From NCBI RefSeq assembly GCF_009834535.1, contig NC_045697.1:94862001-94926000 (forward strand): a stretch of 64,000 nt of DNA, read 5' to 3'. The position numbers and the translations under genes are program-made. How positions within the stretch are numbered: the first letter of the stretch is position 1; every line of letters starts with the position of its first letter. Positions 38,480 to 48,900 of the stretch are shown piece after piece. A model generated the notes under the pieces. The model was not told where the DNA came from and searched no databases. It saw only the letters and a program-made list of their open reading frames with translations. Origin of the DNA: Camelus ferus (Eukaryota).

Positions 38480-41400
38480 CCTTTGTATATATTTACCACT
38501 TCTTTATCCAGTCACTTATCAATGAGCACTTAGATTGCTTCTATATCTTGGCTATTTTAAACGATGCTATAACGAACATTGGGGTGCATATATCTTTTCA
38601 AATTAGTGAATTTGTTTTCTTCAGAAAAATACCCAGAAGTGAAATTACTGGATCATATAGTAATTCTATTTTTAATTTTTGGAGGAACCTCCAAGCTGTT
38701 TTCCATACTGGCTATACCAGGCTATTCCCACCAACAACGCACAAGCATTTCCTTTTCTCCCCTTCCTTGCCAACATTTATTTCTTATCTTTGAGATGACA
38801 GCATTCTGACAGGTATGAAGTGATATGTCATTGCGGTTTTGATTTGCACTTCCCTGTTGTTGAGTGGTGTTGAGCATCTTTCATATGCCTCAGGTATCTG
38901 TATGTCCTCTTTGGAAAAATGCATATTCAGGTCCTTTTTCTGTTTTTTAATCAGATTATTTGTTTTCTGATTTGGGGGACATATCATTTGCAAATATTTT
39001 CTGCCTTTTCATTATGTTGACAGTTTTCTTTCCCTGTGCAAAAGCTTTTCAGTGTAATGTAACCTCATTTGTTTATTTTTGTTTTTGTCCTCTGCTTGAG
39101 AAGAGCGAGCCTAAAAAATATTGCTAAGACCAATTACAAAATGCATACCACCAAAGTTTCCTTCCAGGAGTTTTGTGGTTTCAGTTTTACATTTAAATCT
39201 TTAATCTATTTTAAGATTATTCCCTATATGGTGTGAGAAAATGGTCTAGTTTCATTCTTTTACATGTAGCTGTTCAGTTTTTCCAACACCACTAATTGAA
39301 GAGACTATTTTCCCCCATTTTATATTTTTGTCTCCTTTGTCATAGATTAACTGACCAAATGTGCATAGTTTATTTCTGATCTATCTTTTCTGTTCCACTC
39401 GTCTATGTGTCTGTTTTTGTGTCAGTATTATTTTGTTTTGATTACTATGGCTCTGTAGTATAGTCTGAAGTCAGGAAGCATGACACCTACAGCTTTGGCT
39501 ATTTTGGGTCTTTTTGTGGTCCCATACAAATTTGGGGATTGTTTGTTACAGTTCTGTGAAAAATTCCCTAGGTATTTTGACAGGAATTAACTGAATCTGT
39601 CAATTGGTTTCAGTAGCATGGATATTTTAAAAATACAATCTTGGAATTAACAAATAATTTCAATGTATGAACATAAAATGTCTTTCCATTGATTTGTGTC
39701 ATCTCAATTTCTGTAATCAATGTCTTACAGTTTTCAGAGTACAAGTCTTTTACCTCCTTGGTTAAATTTATTCCTAGATATTTTATTTTATTTTTTGGGT
39801 GCAATTTAAATGGGATTGTTTTCTTTCTGATGGTTCATTATTAGTGTATAGAAAGGCAACAGATTTCTGTATATTAACTTTGTATCCTGCAACTTTTATT
39901 AGTTTTAACAGTTTTGTTGTGGAGTCTTTAGGGTTTTCTATATATAGTGTCACATCGTCTGCAAATAGTGAAAGTCTTACTTCTTTCTTTCTAATTTGAT
40001 GCTTTTTTCTTTTTCTTTTCTGATTGCTGTGGCCAGGACTTCCAATACTATGTTGAATAAAAGTGGTGAGAGTGGGCATCCTTGTCTTGTTATTGACCTT
40101 AGAGGAAAAGCTTTTAGCTTTTCACCACTGAGTATGATGTTACCCGTGGGTTTGCCATAAATGGCCTTTGTTATATTAAGGTATAGTCCTTCTATACCCA
40201 CTTTGTTGAGAGATTTTATCATGAATGGATGTTGGATTTTATATAATGCTTTTTCTCCATCTATTGAGATGATCATGTGATTTTAATCCTTTGTTTTGTT
40301 AATTTAATGTAGTGCATCACATTGATTGATTTGTGAATATTAAGCCATTTTTACATTCCGGGGAATAAATCCCACTTGATCATGATGTATGGTCTCTTAA
40401 TGTATGATTAAATTAGGTTTGTTAATATTTTGTTGAGAATTTTTGTACTCATGTTCATCAGGGACATTGGCATATAATTTTCTTTTTTTGTAGTGTCTTT
40501 GTCTGATTTTGGTATCAGGTAATGCTGGCTTCACAAAATGAATTTGGCAGTGTTCCCTCCTCTTCAACTGTTTGAAACAGTTTGGGAAGAATAGGTATTA
40601 ACTCTTCTTTAAATGTTTGGTGTAATTGCCCTGTGAAGCATTTTGGTCCTGGACTTTAGTCTAATGGAAATTTTTTGATTACCAATTCAATTTTATTACT
40701 AGTAATTAGTTTGTATTTTTGTCCTCTTCCTGATTCATTCTTGGGAGAGTGTATGTTTCTAGGAATTTATCCATTTCTTCTATGTTGTCCAATGTGTCAG
40801 CATACAGTTGTTCATAGTAGTCTCTTATGATTGTACTTCTGTGTTTCCAGTTACAACTTATACTCTTTCATACCTCATTTTATTGGGAGGGCTTCTCTCC
40901 CTTTTCTTTGATGAGTCTGGCTAAATGTTCATCAATTTTGTTTATCTTTTCAAAAAACCAGCTCTTAGTTTCATTGATCTTTTCTATGTATTTTTTAAAT
41001 CTCTATTTCATTTATTTCAACTCTGTTCTTTATTATTTCCTTCCTCTACACTAACTTTGGGATTGTTTGTTCTTTTTCTAATTCAGTTTGGTATAAAGTT
41101 ATATTGTTTATTTGAGATTTCTCTTGAAATAGGCCTGTATTGTTATAAACTTTCCTCAGACCTGCTTTTGCTGTGTCCCACAGATTTCGGAAAGTTGTTT
41201 TTCTACTTTTGCAATTCTCAAGATATTTTTTAAATTTCCTTTTTTGATTTATTTTTTTTTAAGTGCATGTCTTTTTCATTATATTTATTAAATAGAAGTA
41301 CAGTCAGTTACAATGTGTCAATTTCTGGTGTACAGCACAATGCCCCAGTCATGCATATACATACATATATTCTTTTTCATTAAAGGTTATTACAAGATAT

Positions 41401-42467
41401 TGAATATAGTTCCCTATGCTATACAGAAAAAACGTTTTTTTTAATATATTTTTACATATAGTGACTAACATTTGCTAATCTCAAACTCCCAAATTTATCC
41501 CTTGCCACCTCTTTTTCCTGGTAACCGTAAGATTGTTCACTATGTCTGCGAGCCTGTGTTTTGTAGAAGAGTTCATAGCGCCCTTTTTTTTTTTTTTTTT
41601 TTTTTGAGTCCACATATGAGTGATGTCATATGGTATTTTTCTTTCTCTTTCTGGCTTATTTCACTTTTTTTAATTTCTTCACTGACTCATTGGGTTTTTA
41701 AGTTGCATGTTGTTTAGTCTCCATGTCTTTGTGTTTTTTTTCCACTTTTCTTCCTGTAATTGATTCTTAGTTTCATACCTTTGTGATTGGAAAAAATGTT
41801 TGATATGAATACAATCTTCTTAAATTTATTGAGACTTCTTTTGTGGCCTAATGTGTGATCTATCTTGGAGAAAGTTTGATGTGCACTGGAAAAAATGTGT
41901 AAGCTGTTTTGAGCTGGGATTTTCTGCAGATATCTATTATGTACCTCTGGTCTAATGTGTCATTTAAGGCCAATGTTTCCTGACTGAATTTCTGTCTGGA
42001 TGAACTATCCATTGATGTTATGGAATATCAAAGTCCCCTACTATATCACTTTCAACTTCTCTATATCTGTTAATACTTGCTTTAAATATTTAGGTGCTCC
42101 TATGTTAGTGCATATATTTACAAATATAATCTCCTCTTCTCAGATCAACGCCTTTATCATTATGTAATGTCTTTCTTTGTGTTTTGTTATAGTCTGCTTT
42201 AAAGTCTATTTTGTCTGATATGAGTACTGATACCCAGCTTAATTCTGGTCTCCATTAGTGTAGAATATCTTTTACATTCCTTCACTTTCAGTCTGTGTGC
42301 ATCTTTAGCTCTGAAGTAAGTTTCTTGTAGGCAGAATACAGATGAGTCTTTTTTTTTTAAAATCCATTCAGCCATCCTATGTTTTGTTTTTGTTTATTTT
42401 TTCCCTATTAGGGCATTTAGTCCCTTTAAATTTGAAGTGATTATTGATAGGTATGTACCTATCCCAT
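38480..42467 (-). pseudogene. Frameshifted L1 ORF2 (endonuclease / reverse transcriptase)
   Basis: 39977..40276 '[21 protein letters not shown]...[19 protein letters not shown]'; 39783..40079 '[18 protein letters not shown]'; 39610..39804 '[19 protein letters not shown]'; N-terminal 'LSIIT..GLNA' remnant near 42410-42467. Confidence 0.92.
41251..41665 (-). mobile_element. Young camelid-like L1 3' end inserted in the ORF2 of the older L1
   Basis: 'gaagtacagtcagttacaatgtgtcaatttctggtgtacagcac...' with poly(T) on the left; near-TSD TTTTTTGATTT (41240-41250) / TTTTTTAATTT (41666-41676). Confidence 0.85.
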
Positions 42468-43369
42468 TTTGTTACCTTTTTTACTGGTTGTTTTTCTAGT
42501 TCTTCTTTGTTCTTCTCTTCTTCTTTTGGTCTCTTCCCTTGTGGTTTAATGATTTTCTTTAGTATTATGCTTGAATTCCTCCCTCTTTGTTTTCTGTGTA
42601 TCTATTATAGGTTTTTGATTTGTGGTTACTATGAGGTTTATCTATATCAATATTGCTATCTATTTCTATATCTATAGATATGTTTTAAACTGTTAGTCCT
42701 TTAAGTTCAAACACATTATAAAATGTGTTTAACATCTGACATTATACTTTACATCTTTTGTGCATCCCTTAACAACTTACTGTAGTTACAGTTTATTTTA
42801 TAACTTTTGTCTTTTAACCTCATACTAGCTTTTTAAGTGGTGATCCTCTGCCTTTATAAAGGACAGCTAGGACACCAGGTATTTTTCAAACTGCTGCCTC
42901 TTGTGCTGGGACTCAGTATGAGTAAGCTTGTGCCTTTTAAGAACAGAGTCTCAGGTTTCCTGCAGCCCTCCAACTCTTCTACTCATAAGCCCCACTGGTT
43001 TTCAAACCAGTTAAGGGGGCTCTTCTTTCTGATGCAAGCCCCCAGGGCTGGGCTCCAGAATGTGGGGCTCAAGCCCTTGCTCCTTAAGGAGGACATCCAA
43101 GTTTGTGATATCTCTTTCCCCTTTTGGGTCACCCTTTGGGATTCTGAGTCCTGACTAGATCACTTCTCTTCCCCTTCTACCTGTCTCTTGATGTGGACCT
43201 TGTTTTATATCCTTAATTGTGGAAGAGCTGTTCTGCTAGTCTTCAGGTCATTCTCAGAGAGGCTTGTTCATAATTAAGTCGTACTTTTGATGTGTCCATG
43301 AGAGGAGATGAGTTCAAGGTCTCCCTACTCTGCTATTTTGATTCCCCCTATTCTTGCATCTGTTGCACA

Positions 43370-43600
43370 ATGACCTAATTTTAAATTGCAAACCCACTCA
43401 GTCCTCCTGATCCCCCATACATGCTTTACTTTCCATACTATTTTGCTACTTATAACACACTGGTTTTTTATGCTATTAATGATTTTATTTGTTTCTTTAC
43501 AATTACCATCAACAGAATGAAACTCCTTCTGTTTTTTAAACTTTTATATCTGACATGCCTAGAACAGACCCTGACACAATACTTAAATACCTGATGATGT
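43370..43600 (+). mobile_element. L2a 3' end (continuation of the L2 left of the L1)
   Basis: 'cagaatgaaactcc...tgcctagaacagaccctgacaca'. Confidence 0.6.
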
Positions 43601-43849
43601 AATAGAGTGAAAATATCTATCCCTCTACCTTTGTTCACAATTCCATTTATCTCCTGCTGAGGCTGTATTAAAACTGATATTAAATTTTGCATCTGTATCA
43701 TTCTGTAGCTTCCATTTCTTCCTTTGTGCTCATTCCCGTAACCATTCACACCTCAAGTATTCACAATCTTAAAGATAACTTTGCCTTAACCTTAAGCCAA
43801 TTTTATCTTCAGTATTAACATTCTCCTATACTCTGACATCAAAATTCTT

Positions 43850-45010
43850 TAGAGAAATATTAATTGTTGACTCTATTTCCTCATCATTAAACTTCTATTC
43901 TTACTACTTGCACTGAACTCCCTCATGCTTACATGGAACACTTTTTCCCATGGTTTCTAAACCACAAATTCTCTTGAGTTTTCTTCTACTTCACTCCCAT
44001 TCTGTTCAGAGGAAGATTCCTATACTAGACTAGTAGTATTTAAGCTCTTCAAAAATCTGTTCTAGACCCTCATACGTTATCAATCCTCACTTTCTCCCCA
44101 GATATCTTGTCCACTTCTATACCTTCAATTGTTACCAGATGCCAACACCTTCTGAAAATATATCCACAGCCCAGACCTCTCTTCTGTGGCCTGAGAACAC
44201 AGTTTCCACATACACGCAGCAAGGGTATCTGTTACACTAATTATTCATCTTCTTTCACAAACCTCTTCTTCTTCTTCCATGTTTCCTATCATTGTATAGC
44301 ATATCATGAATCACTTACTCTGAGGTTCAATCAGTGAGTCCTGTCAATTTTACATCTTTAATTACCTTGTGACATTATTCTTTTATTTCCTAATCTTCAC
44401 TACCACTATGTTTCTCTGTGACTATCATCTGACTGGATAGTTTTTAGGTTTTTCTCACTATAAATCATTTTCCATTCTTACAGAGTTATCTTAAACATCC
44501 AAATCTTATCATTACATTCTCTGATTAAATTCTTTTAGTGACTCCATATTCCCCACTTGGCATAATGTAAAGGACCATTTAGATTAGAATCTGTGCTATA
44601 GTTTCAAGCCTCATTTTTCTTAATTACCTATACTCCTCCCCACAGTGTTTCTCTCACACTGAACTACTCACCGTTCCCTGGATGTAACAGATTTCTTCAC
44701 TCTGGACTCTGATTCTTAGCACATAATCTTGCTCTTATGGAATATGTTTCCCTCAATGTATGGACTCTACTAGTACTCTCCATCTACATTTTCATTAAAT
44801 TGACACATTTTCTTCAGGTCTTGGGTAAGATATAATTTCATTTGTGAAATCTAGGTGAGTTTTTCTTCTTTATGCTACTGTAGCACATTGTACTTACTCC
44901 TGACTTATCACTTCTCACATTAATTATAATCACCTTATAAGATACGTTCTTTCTGTACCTGACAAAGCAAGCAGAAAATGTATATGTATGTACAGTGCCT
45001 AACATATTAC
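43850..45010 (+). mobile_element. Degraded L2
   Basis: 'ccacaaattctcttgagttttcttctacttc', 'tatccacagcccagacctctcttctg' and a terminal 'acagtgcctaacata'. Confidence 0.6.
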
Positions 45011-45059
45011 CTAAAACATTTACTTTTTGTTATTTATTTAAAGTTCTTTTAGTATGGTG

Positions 45060-45210
45060 ATTTTTATGCTTCAGGTATAATAAGTTAATCTTCATAAAAG
45101 TACTAAGAGTTAGATTATTATTGTAATTTAATAGATGAGCAAACTGAGGCTGAGAAATGTTAGGGAACTATAAAAGATCAAACAATTATTAAGTGGTAGC
45201 GCTAAGGCTA
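45060..45210 (-). mobile_element. MIR fragment
   Basis: 'atagatgagcaaactgaggctgagaaatgtta'. Confidence 0.75.
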
Positions 45211-45524
45211 AATATTATCAGCTTACAAGTATTAGTTACTCAATAAATGAAAAGATGGGTAATTTAGGGAATAAGTGCATAAATTTCCCTTTTCCCAGAT
45301 CACTAAATATTTGTTACCAGTGACTGGGGTACACTTTTTACAACTGTCCCTCTTCCTTTTGGATGATTCTTCCCCCCCCCCCCAGAAGGTTATTCTCTTG
45401 GGCAAATATATTTCTAGCAGTCCATCTGCCAGTATGTGTCTTAATCTGAACAGCAGACACAATAGACAAAGCTGAGACATTGGTTATGTTAAGTTGAAGA
45501 GATTACTTAATTACTTTAAAAGAC

Positions 45525-45772
45525 TTTTTCCTGTGAATAGCTGTGCAGATTGTGTCCATAACAAAGGCCTTTGGCCAAGGGGGCTAAAATCCAGCCCAGA
45601 ATGTACTGTCATTTTGGAGGAAGAAATGACATTTTAACTAATTAGTTTTCCCAGCAAGCAGGGGCATGTTTTTCAATTAGTCTGCCAGATTGGGCATTCT
45701 TTTTTTTCCTAATTCTAATCTTTTTCTAATTTTTTTAAACAAAATCACCATTTATGCTAGTAGAAAGCCTGT
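45525..45772. mobile_element. MER45-like hAT-Tip100 element
   Basis: 'ggccaagggggctaaaatccagccc' and 'tttttctaatt...caccatttatgctag...cctg' resemble MER45B. Confidence 0.45.
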
Positions 45773-45782
45773 CCAAGTCGGT

Positions 45783-45985
45783 CTAGATTTTGAGCTATAT
45801 ATTCTTTTCCAAGCCATATGACCTTGGAAAACTTCCTTAATATCAATTTTCTCATTTGGAGAATGGAAGTAAGATAATTTATAACTCAAGTTATTGTTAA
45901 GAATACTGAATGATATAATTCATACAAAGCACTGAAACTTTGTATTGCATACAGTAACTACTCCATAAATATTGGATTTTATTAT
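45783..45985 (+). mobile_element. MIR SINE
   Basis: 'atgaccttggaaaacttcctt...tttctcatttggagaatggaa...aaagcactg...ctccataaatatt'. Confidence 0.7.
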
Positions 45986-46339
45986 TAGTATTTTTATTCC
46001 AATTAATATCATCATTAATACTTCCTTTAAAATTTTTTCTTATAGGGATTGATTCTTAGCTTTGATTTCAATAACTAATGAAGCTTAATGAGATAAGACA
46101 ACCACTGAAGTCTTGATAGAACAAACGTTAGGTCAGAAATCTCTAACACTATTCCCCAGGTACTAGAACAACACAAGAAAAACTGTCTTTGTTCATTTAC
46201 TACTTAAAATTATCAGAATTATTATTAAATTATCACATAAGATGAAAAATATTTTAGCTCAGAATGCAGTGAAATGTGAAGGCACCGTCTGTTGCTAAAC
46301 TTGCAAATTTAGAAAAATTTCTGAACAATATGTCATAGA

Positions 46340-47290
46340 CCATTCTAGACCAAGGGTTATTGTCAAGAAGAATCTGTAGCAAGGTCTAATGTGTATATAA
46401 TTTATTTTAGATGTGTGGTAAGCTGAGCAATTCCTCAAAAATATCTAGGGCTTAATCCTTGGAACATGTGACTGTATTACCTTACAGGATAAAAGAGACT
46501 TGCAGGTTAAAGTAAATGAAGTATCACAGGATTAAAGAGATTATCCTGGATTATCTGGGTGGGCCTGATGCAATCACAAGGTCCTTACAAGTGTGAGTCA
46601 GTAGAAGATATGACAATGAAATTCAGAGGACAGAGTGATGCTAGTTAGAATATCACTAGTCAAGGAATGAAGGTTACCCCTAGACATTAGAAAAAGCAAG
46701 GGTATATATCTTCCCTAGAGCCTCCAGATGGAACAGACCTGCCAACACCTCAAGATTAGTCCAGCAAAACTGATTTTGGATTTCTGACCTCTGGAAAAAT
46801 AAGATAATAAATCTGTGCTGTTTTAAGCAACTAAGTTTGTGACAATTTGTTATAGCAACAACAAGAAACTGATATAAGCAGGTGATCCTAGACGGCACAG
46901 TGAGTGGAAAAGTGAGATAGGAAAAGAGGAAAAATCAGTGTCATTATTAATTAAATTACTGTCATATAAATTACCACTTGATTCTTTTGGATAAATCCAG
47001 GAGCAATGTAGAATACATATTTATATAGGTATATATGTATATACCTATGAACATTCTACTCCCCACCAAGGTATAAACAAGTTGGGGGTTTAGACACAAA
47101 TTTCCACCAGTTATCCACTGAGGGCTGATTCTGAAAGCACCTCTAGACTGCCATGCGGGCAGCTAAAGCGGACTCTAGGGGCTAGAGAAAGCCCAGAGAA
47201 TTGCAGTGCTGGTATTTGGAAGTCTACCTGTTGTACACTAAAGCATAATTAAGAGGATGTGAGCAGGACACTGACAGCATCTACAGATGC
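46340..47290 (-). mobile_element. LTR33-like ERVL LTR, split by an MLT1 insertion
   Basis: 'ggtgatcctag...gaaaagtgagataggaaaagagg...gagggctg...agagaaagccc...gtgctggtatttggaagtc...gacactgacagcatct' follows the recalled LTR33 consensus. Confidence 0.7.
46414..46877 (+). mobile_element. MLT1C/D-like MaLR solo LTR
   Basis: 'tgtggtaagctga...gagattatcctggattatctgggtgggcc...ccctagagcctccaga...ttttaagcaactaagtttgtgacaatttgttatagcaac...aaactgatata'. Confidence 0.88.
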
Positions 47291-48059
47291 TTCCAATCTG
47301 TGTTTACTTGTAGTGAGCCAATAAACTCAAGGAACTCAGGAATTTCTTGTGTACTTTAGTGTTCCTTACACACACACATACCCACAGATGTATGCATATA
47401 TAAATACACATATCTTTGAAACATAACACAATGCATGATGCAGGGAACTCAGGAATTTGCCAAATATAATAAAAGTTCTCATTGGTACGTGACACACAAA
47501 AATAATTGTAAAAGTCAACTTTGTATCTTTTAGCCTTACAAAAAATGGTAACAGGGTGTATCTACCTGTGTTTAACTCCTGTGATAGTACATTTTGCATA
47601 GGATGTAATGTTATTTTTAAAAATATACAAAATTATAAATATGTGATTAGTGGAATGTGAAATATGAATTGTGAAAAATCAGTGAATCATGCAGGCAGTA
47701 TAAGAAGGCAATAATGATGAACTAAAAGTAATTCATATGATTCTTTTCAAAATTAGTAAAGTAAAAGTGAAATATGCATCCTTGGTAAAACTGAAAATAA
47801 TCTAATCAATCTGAAATTCAAATATTCAAAGATCAGTCAAGCATAAAATCATGTCCACCTTATCAGAAACTTAAACCTAAACTCAAAATAGTTTAATCAT
47901 AACCTTTTCCCAAGTACCTCACAGAAAGAAATTAAATTACCAATTATTTTACCAGTTTCAGAAATATTATTTTAAATACTAATCTTCATGTGGTGGTAAA
48001 TTATGTCCACTAATTATGTACCTATTTAACAAATATGGATTTTGAGCCCACAGCTGAAT

Positions 48060-48900
48060 GATTTATTGATCACTCACTCATTCCATATTTAAGATATATT
48101 TCTAAACACACACAATGTACCAGACACAACTCTAGGCACTGGTGATACATAGAATTTGCATCATACAAAAGACAGACAACAAAGAAATACATAATTAAAT
48201 ATTTAAAATGTAAAATGGTGACGAGTTTAACAGAGAAAGATAAAACTGCAACAGTGGATTTAAAGTTCCAGGGGCAGGAGGAGATATAAAAATTGTTAAG
48301 TGTTGTTCAAAGAAACTTTTAATGACTGTAGTTCAGGAGAAAATTTGAGATTGGACCTACACATTTTATAATTGTCAGTGAATAAATGTTATGAAAAGCC
48401 AGATTGCATGAAATCAGCAAACGAATTGAGTGCAATTATAATATGATAATTGAGGACTGATTTATGTGGCAACCAAGGATTTACAGGTTGGGTGAAGTGA
48501 AGAAATTAGAAGATGGAGAAGCAGCAGTCACAGAGGTAGGAGGAATACCAAAAAAGTGGTATTTTTAAAGCCAAATTAAAAATGAGAAGAGTCTCAAAGA
48601 GAAGTGAGAGGCCACTTGTATAAAATGTTGATTTCTTTTTAAATGTTTTTTTTTAATTGAAGTATAGTCAGTTTACAATGTTGTGTCAATTTCTGGTGTA
48701 CAGCATAATGTTTCAGTCATACATGTAGACATGTATACAATGGAATACTCCTCAGCCATAAAAAAGAAACGTTGATTTCTTACGAGGGATGATGACTATC
48801 CAATGGATTTACCAGTATGCAATTTAATGGTGCTCTTCAAAAGAGCTGTTTTATTGGAAAGAGTAGGAGCACAGCCTTATTGGAGAAGATTTATTAGAGT
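48060..48900 (-). mobile_element. L2a fragment interrupted by a small L1 insertion
   Basis: 'cactcactcattc...ctctaggcactggtgataca' and 'gaagcagcagtcacagaggtaggaggaatacca'. Confidence 0.6.
48638..48766. mobile_element. Tiny 5'-inverted (twin-primed) L1 insertion with 15-bp TSD
   Basis: Minus-strand L1 3' end (poly-T plus 'gaagtatagtcagtttacaatg') joined to a plus-strand ORF2-end piece 'tatacaatggaatactcctcagccataaaaaaga'; TSD AAATGTTGATTTCTT / AAACGTTGATTTCTT. Confidence 0.85.

Larger units (their letters stand above)
38063..43348 (-). mobile_element. LINE-1 with 5' end, inter-ORF region, decayed ORF2 and 3'UTR; ORF1 absent
   Basis: ORF2 fragments in the ORF track; the 5' terminus reads (reverse complement) 'gggggaatcaaaatagcagagtag', a decayed CAAGATGGCG start; 3'UTR-like sequence at ~38063-38480. 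Confidence 0.9.

Noticed and set aside
39610..40276. Reverse transcriptase as a retron, DGR or other novel RT system
   Set aside because: The motifs (QGCPLSP, FADD, KYLGI) and context are ordinary frameshifted LINE-1 ORF2.
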